A DNA stretch of 64,000 nt from Camelus dromedarius (taxonomy: Eukaryota): positions 107,262,001 through 107,326,000 of the forward strand of contig NC_087436.1 in NCBI RefSeq assembly GCF_036321535.1. Reading direction: 5' to 3'. Position numbers and translations under genes: made by a program. Below, piece by piece: positions 1 to 15,360 of this stretch; position 1 is the first letter of the stretch, and each line of letters opens with the position of its first letter. The notes beneath the pieces were generated by a model. The model had not been told where the DNA came from, made no database searches, and saw nothing but the letters and a program-made list of their open reading frames with translations.

Positions 1-1464
1 GGCACATTAGACAGAAAATCTTGAGGGTCCAAAGATGAACAAGATAGAAAGTGCCATCTTGGAGCTAATAGTCTAATAACCATGCTGAAGAGGGAATGGA
101 ATGTCTGAACTAAAGTCCTCCTAGGCAATGATTTAATTGGAAAGGGAAAAAATTAGTTCAAAATCCTTCCATTTTTGATTAAGAAAAATGGATTGTTTGG
201 ATTGCTTTTAGTTCAGCTATGAGAGAAATTAAACAATGCTGGTAGTTCAGAGCTAAACATAACTGGATTAAGCTCGAGTGAGACCAAAGAGGGTAGATGG
301 TAATGCAATATTATACAAGAAAATCTGTGCATAAGAGCCAGGCAAGCATAGTTTCAAGACTGAATTCAACCACTTCTAGTTTATGGCCTTGAGCAAGTAA
401 ATTTCTCTGGATCTCTGTTTTCTTATCTGTGAAAGAAAAATTATAATACCTTCCGGACAGAGTTGTTATGTGTTATAAATAAGATAGAGTATGGAATAGC
501 CAAACACATTGAATGAATTTGAGAATTTTTTAAATTTAATAATTATTTTAAGCTGCATATTTTGTTATTAGTGGGGTTAAAGACTTTCCCCACATTGAAA
601 TAATAAAAATATTCTCCTGAAAAATAATTATTTGCTAGGCAATGCTGAGATGTAACCCCTCCTTCTACTTCCAGAACCTACAACCAACACTTCTGTGATA
701 GATGTATTAATTAATTTGGGGTAAATCATCACATTGTACACTTTTAGTTTATTACAATTTTATTTGCCAATTATACCTCAATAAAATTGGGGGGGAAAAA
801 CAAACACCTCCAAAAAACTTTGCTATACACAGATTCCAGTACCAAGTGTGTTGACTAATATGCATGTATGAGTTTTAGATTCCTAGCAGCTCTCTTTTCT
901 AACACACTCAAAACTGGTTTATTGAAAAAATGTGTTAGATATAGGAATTACAAAAAATGATACATACATACCTAAAACATTTTTATCTACTAATTTTTGC
1001 ATGTGAATCTAATACCTTCTGTTCAAGTAAAATTCTCTCAGTTGGCTTCCCAACCATCTTTCTCGCATAAACTATACCTATCATAGAGCATTCCTTTCTA
1101 TTTTTGTTTCTTTAAAATGGAACAAGAACTTAAAGACAGTTGTGAAATAATCTAAGTACAGAATTCTTCTAGATTCTTACAAATTTTTCCATATCTTTTG
1201 CTGTTATTTTTAACAGGTCTAATTCAATGTTGTTTTTTAAAAACTTACCTGTATTGAGCCTTGCCATTATTATTTCATAATATACAAAAGCTCTCTTACT
1301 CAATTGTTTAATCAATTAGGATAATATTGCTATAAATTAATTAGTTATACTAAAAAATATCTGTAGTAGGCCAGTTTGGTAACAGACACCTCTAATTTCT
1401 CTAAGCATACAACCTAACTGGCAGAGGTGTACTTGTATGATTATAGTTCTAGAGGGTGGCCTAT

Positions 1465-3015
<1,551 letters not shown>

Positions 3016-3018
3016 ACA

Positions 3019-4240
3019 TATTAGTCAGAATAGGCTAGACTATGGTGTAGGAACAAAGTAAGCCCCAAGTTTTAGTGACTTAAAATAAATGTATTTCTCA
3101 CTCACGTAAAGTCCAAATTGAATTATGCAACTCTTCAGGGAAATTGTCTCCCTGGCAGTGCCCCAGGGATATTGTGGATCTTCCGTCTCAACAAGTGGTC
3201 TCCACAGTTGCTTTCAAAGGAGAAGAAAGAGCTGGAGGGTCATAGAATAACCAAAAATGATAAGGTTAATGCACAGCATTATCCCTGCCTCTGTTTGTCC
3301 TTCAGTCATCAAACCATTCCAGTCTTCTACCGACACTCAGCCACAACCTAAAGTCCCATCGAGTTATTGCCCTCCACTCAAATTCCAAGAATTCTGATCA
3401 TCGTATTAGTCTTTTCAAACATGCTTCTAAACTAAAAAGTCACCATTATGTTCCATCCCATCAAATCAATGGTGAAATAGAAAAAATAATAATAATTGCA
3501 ATAAGTATTCCCATTCTCAAAGGAAATCAATAGAAAATATATAATATTCACGGAATTCCACTGGGCAGACATAGTGCATGCTCCTTACTCAAGGGAGATT
3601 TTCCTCGATTAAGCCTTGATTTTCCCTTTTTGGAAGAATCTTTGTCCCTTGGTCTTATGCCCTGTGGTGTCACTCTCCATAAAGTCATTCATTTTCCTTA
3701 CTTTGCCACATGTAAGTTGAGCTTTGTGATCCATCACTCCTGTGGTTTGTACAAGTTTCACAACTGAGCTTCTACTCATGGAAAGTTGGAAACCAAGGGT
3801 TGTTTTAAATCTAAAAGGTCATTTGCTTTTTAAAAACCTAGCTTTGTAGTTTCTTTGTCAATATAGGTTTTCTAGAAACTTAATAAGTTTCTGATCTATT
3901 TGCTTTCAGTCATTTGCACATGCCAGTAATAATATCAGAAGTACTCTTAGAGACATTGTTTTCGGACATGATTTATTTCCTTGTTTTCTTGTCCCAAACA
4001 CCTCTCTCTCAGGTTAATGGCAGATATGTTAAGGCTATTTGGAATAATGAGTGAGGGGGCCAAATCTATAATACGACTTTATCCTGGGTCATTTTATTTG
4101 TTGATAGGTTTTGCTAGTTGCCACTTTCAGATCAGCTGGCTTTCTCAATATTGCAAGGTTTTGAGTTTCTAGATTTTCCCTATATTCTTTGTGCTAGCAA
4201 ACTGACCCTACCTTTCTTGAACAAATTCCATTTGTATAAC
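3019..4240. mobile_element. Old MaLR (MLT1-type) LTR and internal relic
   Basis: Starts tattagtcagaataggctagactatg…, which resembles MLT1 termini, followed by MLT-int-like sequence. Confidence 0.5.
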
Positions 4241-4242
4241 AT

Positions 4243-4948
4243 TGTCACAGGTTGGATGCTCCAGAAGCAGATTTCACTAGGAGTTTAATGTACCAGGTGG
4301 CTATTAAGGAACAGCCCTGGGATCAGCAACTGTGAAAGGAAAGGGAAGATAGGAAGATTGAACAGAAGGGGAAATTGAAACCCAAAGAGGCTTCAGTCTA
4401 CCCAACAGGGAACTCTGAAAATAAAATGGCCCAAGGAAATTGTTACATGCTGGGCCAAAATGGCTGGTGTTTACACATCTGTTTTGATCAGTCATTAGAT
4501 ATAAACCATCCCAGGAAGGTTGTGGTTTTGGGCAAGGTGGCTATCTGCAGCCAAGAAATTCTGTGACAAAGCTGTTATCTAAAGGATCTCTGTTGTGTTT
4601 TTTAATTGATGTATAGTTGATTTACAAAGTTGTGCTAATTTCTGGTGTACAGCATAGTGATTCATTTATACATATATATTCCTTTTCGTATTTTTTATTA
4701 TAGCCCATTATATAAGATATTTAATACAGTTCCTTGTGCTATACAGTAGGACCTTGTTTATCTATTTTATATATAGTAGTTAGCATCTGCAAATCCTGAA
4801 CTCCTAATCTATCCTTCCTCACACCCTCCCCCCCTGGTAACCATAAGTTTGTTTTCTATGCCTTTGAGTCAAATTCAATAGAACTTCCAGATAGGGGACT
4901 AAACCCTATGAAGAGACAGCTAAGCAAAACACCGCCTTGTCCATCACA
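4243..4948 (-). mobile_element. ERVL 3' LTR (LTR16-like), interrupted by a younger L1
   Basis: TG…CA termini (4243, 4948) and an LTR16-like end. A polypurine tract (caagggatggac on minus, 4949-4960) directly precedes the LTR. Confidence 0.65.
4597..4870 (-). mobile_element. L1 3' end (cetartiodactyl type), 5'-truncated
   Basis: tttttaattgatgtatagttgatttaca…ggtgtacagcatagtgattc; homologous to the copies at 18645, 26181, 32612 and 59917. Confidence 0.9.
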
Positions 4949-6000
4949 GTCCATCCCTTGTGACTTTCAACTATACTTCTTAGCATGTTTGAGCTTCTCT
5001 ACGCCTCCAGCAGGCCTCTTTTCCTGGGAGAAACGTAGAAGAGGAAGGCTAGTGGGACAAAAGACAACCGCCACTACTGCAGGTGGTTTCTGGGCCACGA
5101 GTGGTATTCAGTGTCTCCATTCTCCACTATATGATACAATCCATAGATGTCTTGTTTATAGGCCCACTTCCATGTTTATTTGCCATAAACTGGCACAATA
5201 TTATGTGGGATGGACCAGTGAGTCCAAGATGAAGAAGTCCTTCAATAGTGGTGCTGGTTGAGCCAGGAAAGAACACATATATGAATATGTATCTATTCTT
5301 GTGAGACTCAATCACTGGACCTTCGATGGTAGAAAGAGCCCAATGTGATCAACCTGCCGTCAATTGGCTTATTGGTCTATTCAAAGAATGGTGCTGTGTC
5401 AGGGTCTCAGCGTTGGTATCTATTTTCAATCAGTTGGCCACTTGGCAGTGGCAACAGCTACATCAGCCTTGATGAGAGTAAGTCCGTGTTGTTGAGGCCA
5501 TTCATGTTCTCCATCTCTGTCACCATGGATACCTCATTCACGTGCTCATCATATCAGCACTGGGTGACCAGTGTCAGAGGCTGGCCAATGACAACTAGCC
5601 AAGGTTGGTTTTTTTTTTGAATACTTGGTTGTTCAGTACCTCTTTTGTGGAGGATGCTCTCTTATGAACATTGTCTTGTAAAGATCTTTACACTTAGTAC
5701 CCACTCCCATATATCCACCTTCATGCCTCTATCCCAGATCTCCTTGCCTTCAGTCTTCTAATCTGTCTCCTTCCAAATGTCTTACCACCTGTCCAGGATA
5801 GTCACATCTTCCCATGAATCCATACGTATTTTATTCAGAGTGGCACTCCTCTGGCCACACAAAATTTATAACCAAGTATATCATTTGTATGTCTTCCTAA
5901 CTTTGTTGGAACAGGCATCCCTTCCATTGACATTCCTTGTCCATAACTCACTTTCAGACAGGTAATATATGAGAAGTTCAACCCAGCTTCTCCACAGAGG
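4949..6000 (-). mobile_element. ERVL internal relic with degenerate pol integrase
   Basis: Minus-strand translation of about 5340-5530 gives IHGDRDGEHEWPQQHGLTLIKADVAVATAKWPTD*K*IPTLRP*HSTIL*IDQ*AN*RQVDHIG. This is a decayed ERVL integrase zinc-finger-to-core segment (cf. HGGRDG…WAQQHGLPLTKADLA…WQVDYIG). Confidence 0.8.
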
Positions 6001-6720
6001 AGAGTCTATGGGATATACTTTACACAGAAAGAAAAAAAATCACAGATAGAATATCTGAGATAGAACGTTAATAAAAAAATTAGGAAAATGTGGGCAAATT
6101 TAAATCAACATTGACTGCACAAAATAACAATAAGAAATTTTACTTGTTGGAGGAAAATAGGAGAGAATTAAAATACAAAATAATATTAAGATTTAAACTG
6201 GAAAGAGGGGTGATTAAGGTTAGATTTTTAAGGTCCTGAATATCTGGAAGGACAATAAAGAGGTGGCGATGGTGGTCAAATAACTCTGTTACAGGTGTTT
6301 GGGTAACAACAACAAAAAAAAAAAAATCCACTGAGCACATAACATCTCAACATATAAAGGGAAAAAATAAAACAAGGGAAAGAAATAATATTTAGCCAAG
6401 TAAATATGTCACAGAAGATACAGATATAGATGTGTCATATTATTTTACTTACTTACAGATAAAAAGAAAACAACATATTTTCAGGTGTACAAATAAAGCC
6501 GTAAAGGAAATTTAGAGCGTAATTTGGGGGAAAGTCAGCACACTGTTTACCCTGGGGAGAGTGCCGGGGGCGGGAGGAAGAGCGGTGAGAGGGATACATT
6601 AAGGGAAGGGCACACACCTTTCCATTTTTCAAGCTAGACAGTGGATACCCAGCTATTGATTTTATTATTTTCTCTTAAGGGAATCATAAATGTTTTAAAT
6701 ACTCTTTTACACACAGGATA
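6000..6720 (+). mobile_element. Continuation of the ancient L1/HAL1-like relic
   Basis: A-rich degraded LINE-like sequence resuming after the ERV block. Confidence 0.4.
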
Positions 6721-7073
6721 CATTTCACCAAAAAATAAATATACAAGGAAATTAACTTTGAAATATGTGGCCTATCAGCACACAGGCCATGAGGGTCAGT
6801 TTGGGCTGTCAGCACACAGATTTTAGAGACAGAATAGAGACTGTCAATTAATGCAGTAAATCAGTCCAGAAAAGCACTAATCCAGCAATTTGATTAAGTA
6901 GAGATCAGATGAGCATGATTCCACTCTGGGTAAATACATCCAGATTTGGGTGTGCTCTCCCAGGGGAGAAGACATCGTAGAATTCATTGCTCCTGGTTTG
7001 GTTTCTTGGAAACTGTTCTGGGCCTCGGTTGTGGGTTTAACCAACTGATGCTCACTTTAATAAGACTCTATAG

Positions 7074-7196
7074 TGGGGAGGGAATAGCTTAAGTGGTAGA
7101 GAGCCTGATTAGCATTCATGAGGTTCTGGGTTCAATGCCAAGTACCTCCTCCAAAAAATAAATAAATAAACCTAATTACCTACCCCCCAAAAAAAA
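7074..7196 (+). mobile_element. tRNA-derived SINE (camelid Vic-1-like)
   Basis: A box tagcttaagtgg, B box ggttcaatgcc, and tail aaataaataaacctaattacc…cccc-A(n). Homologous to the copy at 55773. Confidence 0.85.
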
Positions 7197-8082
7197 TAAT
7201 TATCAGAGAAATGCAAATCAAAACTACAATGAGGTACCACCTCACATCTGTCAGAATGGCCATCATTCAAAAGTCCACAAATGACAAATGCTGGAGAGGC
7301 TGTGGAGAAAAGCAAACCCTCCTACACTGCCGGTGGGAATGCAGTTTCATGCAGCCACTGTGGAAAACAGTACGGAGATTCCTCAAAAGACTAGGAATAG
7401 ACTTACCATATGACCCAGGAATCCCACTCCTGGGCATATATCCAGAAGGAACTCTACAAAAAAGACACCTGCACCCCAATGTTCATATCAGCACTATTTA
7501 CAATAGCCAAGACATGGAAACAGACTAAATGTCCATCAACAGATAACTGGATAAACAAGATGTGGTATAGTTACACAATGGAATACTATTCAGCCATAAA
7601 AAATGACAATATAACACCATTTGCAGCAACATGGATGTCCCTGGAGAATGTCATTCTAAGTGAAGTAAGCCAGAAAGAGTAAGAAAAATACCATATGAGA
7701 TTGCTCATATGTGGAATCTAAAAAAAAAAAAAGAAGAAGAACATAAATACAAAACAGAAACAGACTCATAGGCATAGAATACAAACTTGTGGTTGCCAAG
7801 GGGGTGGAGGGTTGGAAGGGACAGACTGGGATTTCAAAATTTGTAGATACTGACAGGCATATGCAGAATAGATAAACAAGATTATACTGTATAGCACAGG
7901 GAAATATATACAAGATCTTGTGGTAGCTCACAGCGAAAAAAAATGTGACAATGAATATATGTATGTTCATGTATAACTGAAAAATTGTGCTCTACACTGG
8001 AATTTGACACATTATAAAACGACTATAACTCAATAAAAAGTGTTAAAAATAAATAAATAAATAAAAATTTTAAAAATTTAAA
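7197..8082 (+). mobile_element. Young 5'-truncated L1: ORF2 C-terminus, 3' UTR and A-rich tail
   Basis: ORFs 7211 and 7410 give [19 protein letters not shown]…KCWRGCGEK…LHCRWEC (cysteine-rich domain) and [26 protein letters not shown]…MEYYSAIK, separated by one frameshift. Confidence 0.95.
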
Positions 8083-8879
8083 AAGACTCTACATGTGTTG
8101 ACTGCATTTGTGTGGTGTACACACTGAATGTCACTCTTTCTAGGCTATATGTCTGTACTGCATTTTTTTCCTTCATGAAAAGCACATCTTTAGGTTACTG
8201 CTGAACAACAAGAACAAAAAAAAAAAAAAAAAGATGAGAATTAAGAAGATTTGGATTTCCTATAAAGTTGCATGAATAGTGTCCGCCCAGCTCCTTCAAG
8301 AAACTCGGATGAAATAACCGTATACATTTTAATAAAATATGCAAGGAATTTGAACAGTAAAACTGTCATTATCAGCATTACCATTATCAGTAGAGAAGTT
8401 GTATACCTAATTCTCCATACATTATCCTGGAAAATTAAAGCATTATATCTAATACAATGTCAAAGACGATGTTAATGCAAAAGTTAACTACAGGAAAGCA
8501 TGAAAGTGAAAAAATGGAATTCTAAACGAACAGATTAGAAAGATGGTAGCATTAAGATATTGTCTCTTCTAGAATTAATACAGAGAGTTTTACAAAGTAG
8601 CTCTCCGAAAAAAAAATTCACTCTTGGAAGTTCCACCTCTAGTCATTTACATTTTCATAAATGATATGTAAAATGACTAGCTGTTAAAACCCAATATTGA
8701 GTTTAGTTTGATAATGAATCAACAACCAAGAAATGCCCAAAAATGTATTCATCCAAACTGTCATTAATTGGCCAGACACTGTGCCTTGTTAGCGAGAAAC
8801 AGGAGGGCAAAACCATCAGGGTTCCTGCCTAGTGGGGTGAGTGAAGCAAACAAGTAAAGAGATTCCATGTTCACATAGT

Positions 8880-9620
8880 GAGCCTCTGATTCCCAGTTCT
8901 CTGTTTCTCTTAGTAGGTGCTTGTTGAATGATGGCTGTGTGGTATGTTGGGTCAAAGAGATTTCCAAATACCAGTAAGTAGGTAATGTTTGAGCTGAGTC
9001 TCTAAGGAAGGACGGGGCATTTCCAAGAAGAGAAATATTCAGCTGGCAGAGATCAATGGAAAGAAAGATTGTTTTTTCCATTCAAAATGTAAGGAAATGC
9101 AGGAGTCAACGGACATGTAACTCCTGAAAGGTTCAAAGCGCCTAGAACACAAGATGAGGGTAGAGATGGGACTGGGAGGTTGACTGGGCCATATGATGAA
9201 AGATGTTTTTTCCAAACTAAAGAGCTTATAGTTCCTCCTACAAAAAATAAGAAGTCTTCAGAGGATTTTCTGCAGGGGAGTATGTATGCAGGCTTGTGTC
9301 TATAAAGAGGAGAGCTCCTGTAGCATAATAGAGGATGGCTTGGGAGAGGAATGCCATGTCTTAGGCTCTATGTTAGTGACCACACAAAGATACAGAAGAC
9401 CTTGTCTCTGCCTTCCAGGGAGTGGACGCCTAGTTGGGGAGGCAGATAAAATTAGGGGATGAATAATTGCTATACAAGGCTGTGTTGTGATGAATTTATA
9501 TACAGTAGTGCTTTGGAATTACACAGGAGGACTACTTACCTCATGGTGGAGAAATCAGGGAAGGCTTCCAGGAGGAAGTGTCAGTTGAACTGAGCCTAGA
9601 AAATCAGGAAATGAAGACAC
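8880..9620. mobile_element. L2 relics
   Basis: taggtgcttgttgaatga… and agggaaggcttccaggaggaagtg… are typical degraded L2 motifs. Confidence 0.55.
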
Positions 9621-12600
9621 ATATGCTGTACTTTAACTCACTGCTCAGGCTACACTAGAAGGCTCAGAGATCATCACTGATTCTTATCCAATCACGTGTA
9701 TTTTTGGGAACATGGTAGGGTATAAATATAAAAGCAGTTAATTTTATAAATCAATAAAATAATGAGTAGCATTTGATCTTATTAAGCACAAAGACAGTTT
9801 TATTGATTCATCATGGACAGAGAGTGTTTACCAAGAGCTAGGCACCAAAAAAGCTTCAGGAGAATTTTCAGAAGTACCAGAACTGTGACCAATGGGATTC
9901 TCACTATGGGAAGGGGCTTAGGGTGGGTCATCGTTCATGAAGTCCTTTTGAATAATGAGGTTCCATTTCTGCTACCAGCAAGAACTTATAACCTAATTGA
10001 TGAAGCAGATATTTTTTATGCCAGAAAAAAATGAAAGTCTAAAACAAGGCTTATAGAAGTGTAGGAATTAAAAAAAAAAGTGTAGGAATAAGTGATATGG
10101 TACAAACTGAAACTTCCATGGGGATTCTGAGAGATGAACTGAGAAATTCCAGACAGAGGGAATACGCTGAACAGAGGGCCTAGGAATTAGCAAGAGCATG
10201 TCTTTCTCATTTTCCTTCCTTCCTTCTTTCTTTTCTTCCTAAGTTTCTTTTCTCCTTCCCTCCCTCCCTTACTCACTCGTTTCTACTTTCTTTCCTTCTT
10301 CCAATAGATATTTATTGAATCTGGAATTATTTTTAAAATCAAAACCATATTCCCTCACTGGAAATTTCTTAGAGTTCAGTGAAGGGACACCACGAAGAAG
10401 AGAACATATCCTGCCCTCCTCCCCCTCCTAAATCGAATTCCATCTTCTGGAGACAGGAATAGAGGATTGATCAGGGAATACATCCCAAAAGAGGTGATGC
10501 CCAAACTTTGTGATGACAAAGGAGCCCAGAAAGTACTCAAGGCAGAAAAATGGCTCACACCAAAGCGAAGTGCAGAATGTGGCCTATTTAAGGAAACATG
10601 AGGATTTGACTATAGCCGAAGTTTGGGTCATGCTAGAGAGGGGTGAGCTGTAGGACCAGAGAAGCGGTGTGGTGATGACTCACAGGACAGGAGATGGACC
10701 TGGCCCATGGTGGGGACAGTAGGAGACAAGGTTGAATAGGTCATCTAAGGTTCCATTAGGTGAAGAATAACAGATGGACTTTACATAAAAACAGTTCCTT
10801 ATTGTCCTTCAGAACCGTGTGTGCTAGGCAATTTTGCACACTTGAAAGCAATATGAGCACATTTAGGCCCTCTCACTCTCGTTTGTGTTACCTGTAATTA
10901 TTATTAATTAAGGTAGAGTCTGGTGTATTTGAAAGGAGCGTGGAAATCTGCAGGGTTCATTTTCGTATTTGTCAACTTTTATTTGAAAACAGCAGGTGAA
11001 ATTCTGATGTGGGCAACGTTTAGCCTCCAACTATCATGCAGATTGTTTGGTATCTATGTAATTGCAAAAGACTGCTTTGGTCGAAGCTCCTGAACACTTT
11101 TTATTGCTAATTTTGGCAATAAACCTGTTAATTAGTTAATTGTAAAACATTAGTGAATCAAGCAAAAAGAATCCATCTGTTTATAAAATTTCAAAGATCT
11201 CTTCTGGGCATAACATTTAAAAACAAGAACTGGCTTGCACTGTATTGCCTGCTAACTACAAACTACATCTCTGGAATATTTGTGCAGTCCCCTCTTAGGG
11301 CTAAGAGGTGATACTATAAAGCAACCATTTGCTGTATCTGAAGGTAATTTTGTAGATACATGGTGCTGCATGCAATTTGTTTCAGGGATTGCTGGAAACT
11401 GAAAAACTGGTGAGAGATATACAATTTTTTTATCCATATATATCCCAACCTGAACCTAGGAATAATTAGCCAGGCAGGAAAAAAAGCAGAAGGGCATTCC
11501 ACCCAGAGACACACAATTATAAAAACAGGAGGGAAAAAATCAGAGGGATGCAAAAATTCCTAAGCAAAGAAAATTTGTAGTGCACCTCGGAGAATAGCAA
11601 GAGAGAAGACTGATGAACAAGGCAGGGGTCAGGCTGTAGAAAGTCTGTTTCCATAAAGAGGGATCTTTCTGCAACTGTATCATCAAAGGTTCAGGAATCC
11701 ATCGAATATCCTCCATTTGGAGAATCTAATGAAACACTTGTTTTTTTAGGAAACGTTGACAATCATCCATTTGGAAAACTGGGGAGATTCCTAAGGTCCC
11801 AGTGCCAAGAGGGAAATGTAGTGGGAAACCCAGGAAAACCCAGACATACAAGAATGAAGTCGGTAAAAATGTCACCAGACTAGGACCCAGAGATGTGGGT
11901 TCTCCCAGCTGTGTACTGATCAGCAGGTGATCAAAGCCATGTCACTTATTTCCTTGGGTCTCTACTTTTCTTTGTAAATGGGAAAGTTGTTTGGGGACAC
12001 ATTTAGTCTGGATTCAGGGGGGCAGATTCTCATGGTTCCATTCAAAGTCACATCCACATATAGCTGAGTTATTGATAGTCTTTAGGCTGTAAGGATGGCT
12101 TTAAGGAACTCTTACAACACAAAATTCAGATTAACCTGACCTCTTGACATAAAAGTGATTTTACCTTCCTCCCCAACTAGGCGTCCACCCGCTGGAAGGC
12201 AGTGACGGGGTCTTCTGTATCTTTGTGTGGTCACTAACACAGAGCCCCAGGGCCAAATCACAATGAGCTTAGGCACCCGTAATTGGAATTATGTAGGAAG
12301 GAACAAGGTTTAAAGTGTAAGACACAAGAAACAACTTCATGGTCCAAAATCATTAACAGAGGATGCAGCTAATCACAATGGCAGTCACTGGATTTGTTAT
12401 CATCTGAATTTTTGGTTACAATTTGGCTTTCAATATCAGAACGATTTCTATTGATTTTGTTTTAATTGCTGATCTTCATAGATTTTGTTTTGTATTCCAT
12501 TAATTATCCGAATTTCCTTTTGGATCTTTAATAAATAAACTTAAAGGTAATAAAGGAAGGCATCCTTCAGATAGATCTACATCCAAACCATTTGTTTTGA

Positions 12601-14819
12601 TCTAAAACTTCCAAACATTCCATCTCGCATTTACGCTTTCCCCTTCTGTAGACTTTATGTCTTGATACAACTAGTTATTTCAACACTATGGGAGACCCAG
12701 ACACTAATAATTCCCATGCTCTTATTTCTGCCTCTACCATGGATTACCTAGCTGTAAATCAAAATTCCATTTATTGTTTATTTTAAGGTCTACCTTGCTT
12801 TGATATTCCCACTTGGGAATATTCCCAGTGAACATCTATTGTTAAGGTCTCTGATTTGCTCATGAAGTCTTCACTTAAATATTCAGCAAATCGTGATGAA
12901 GAGAAAGTACCATGGCGTGATGATATTTACAGAACCAAGCTAATGGAGTCACTTATATCAGGGAAACAAAATGGAGACAGTCAACGCAGGCATATAGTGG
13001 AAACTTAACCCTAAAGGAACCTACAGCTGTTCTCAGAAATCAGCAGAGGACGCCAGCTATGCCCCAAAAGCCAAGTCTGTTCATGTCACCTCCAGACTTC
13101 CTTGTTCTCCTGACTCAGCTACCCTGACCCAAACAGGGAAGAAGACTGCTAGGCAATGAATCAGCTGAAAAAGCCAAATGAGTTCCACATTTACCCACAT
13201 TTACACAAAATCCCTCAGTTTGAGTAACTCAGAGCCATTGCTCCCATAGCCTTGAGTTTCCTGGCTGGCTGATGGAAATTTTTTCCACAAATTCATCTTT
13301 TTGATTTGTTTTACTCACTGTGCAGAGGTTGGTTTTTGACATGGAGAAAAAGAACTGAGTTGAGAATCGAGAAACGTGGCCTCCAGTACAATCTTTAGAG
13401 TTCTGTGGCCTTTAATAATTCCTTTAATTTCCTTAAGCCTCAGTTTCCTCAACTATAAAAACAGAGAGTTGGACCAGATATCATTTTAGATTCCTTCCAG
13501 TTAAAACATTCTGGGATTTGATTTCTCCGGCTACTTTGGGTAGCATCCATTCGCTTCCAGCTCCAACAAGCAGAGGCCAGTCCTATTATAACCTGACAGC
13601 TGGAGAGACAGACAAAGAATAAAAGTTTCCCTAAGTGCCCCTGATCCTCTTTTTCTTTTTTTTTCTTTCTTTTTTTTTTTTTTTTTTTTTTTTTTGGTAA
13701 ATAAATGAAAAGAGTTCATTTTCCAGAGCAAATCCTGAGCCGCAAATGCCATTTTTTTCTTCATGGGGAAGTAAAAAAATTAGCATTTAAAAATATGCCA
13801 GCATGTAACATTTCGTTTGTTTCCATAATGTCTGATTTAAGGATAAAGATCTTTTTTCAACACTGAAAGCAAAACCTCCTAATTCATCTGGCTTAGAGGA
13901 TCATTTACATATCCAATGGAACATTTATTTTATCTGACCAGAATTGAAGATGATACAACATTCTTGGCTGAGATTAAAAATATATAAGGATGGAATATTG
14001 ATGACAATATGCAGCACAGAGAAGAACAGCCTGGACGATGCGCTGTGGATGATAAGAATGAAATGGTTCCTGGCTAAAGTGAAGTGATAACCTCAAAAGA
14101 TGTAGATTAATGACAGTAGTTTCTAAGATTGAAAAAGGAGAGGCAAGGATAAAAGAGGAATAAATTGAAGCATTTCAACAAAGGATGGAGAAATTTAAAG
14201 GATAATGTTAATTGAATTAAGTGTTGTAACCAGATAATACTCTATTATACAAAGATGAAAGCCACGGCCATATCAAACCATCTAGCGGAAAGACGTCAAC
14301 TGAATCTTCAAGGGGTTATTTTTAAAGTGGCAGACTCTAATACGAATCCGAATTTCCAGGGTGCGGGTTTAGTTTAAGCCTCTTAATTAATAACAGTGAT
14401 AAACTTAGTTTGATTGCTCAGAAACACATACCCAGACGTGTGGCAACATAGGGATAACTTAGGTGCATTGTTACTTTTCACCCAGAATTCATTGATTCAT
14501 TTTATATACATTTATTGAGTTCCGCATGTTCATAATCCCAAATGGTTCAAAATTTTTTCCATTTACTTAACAAACCTTTCCTAAGTATTTTCTGTGTGAA
14601 AACATTGTGCTCAAGTTCAGAGCCTAGAAGAAATTAATATGCTTTTTGAGGACAAACTATATGATCTTTTCCTTTCCATGCCTAGCAAGAGGGTCTGGCC
14701 TGATATAAGTAGCTGATAAATGTTAAACTAAACATTTTAGGGAGGCAGATATACCTAAAACTATAAGCTAGAAGAACCAAATAATATCTTACAGTGTCCT
14801 CCAACTAAGAAAATTGAAG

Positions 14820-15360
14820 ATATGGGAGCAACCTGAATGTCCATCAACAGATGCATGGATAAAGAGCATGTGATATATAATATACATAGTGGAATACTAC
14901 TCAGCCATAAGAAAGAATGACACTTTGCCATTTGCAGCAACGTGGATAGACTTAGAGAACAGTTTGCTAAGTGAAATAAGTCAGACAGCCAAAGACAGAT
15001 ATTGTGTGATATCACTTATATGTGGAATCTAAAACATCAACAAACTCGTGGATATAACAAAAAAGAAACAGACTCACAGATCTAGAGAACAAACTAGAGG
15101 TTAGCAGTGGGGAGAGGGAAGTGGGGGAGGAACAATGTAGGGGCTGAGGATTAAGAGATACAAACTATTAGGCATAAAATAAGCTATAAGTATATATTGT
15201 ACAATCTTTACTTATAATAGTCAACAGTTTATAGTAACTATAAATGGGGTATAACCTGGAAAATATTGTGACTTACTCTGTTATACACTGTAACATATAA
15301 TATTGCACATCAACTATACTTCAATAAAAAAATAAAGAAAAAATTCAAATTAAAAATAAA
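14820..15360 (+). mobile_element. L1 3' end (L1MA-type)
   Basis: aatgtccatcaacagatg…ggaatactactcagccataa…caactatacttcaataaaaaa. Confidence 0.9.

Noticed and set aside
7074..7150. tRNA-like sequence (also at 55773)
   Set aside because: These are SINE heads with degenerate stems, SINE tails and TSDs, not functional tRNA genes.
7211..7682. ORFs with real protein similarity
   Set aside because: They are frameshifted L1 ORF2 C-terminal fragments, not host genes.
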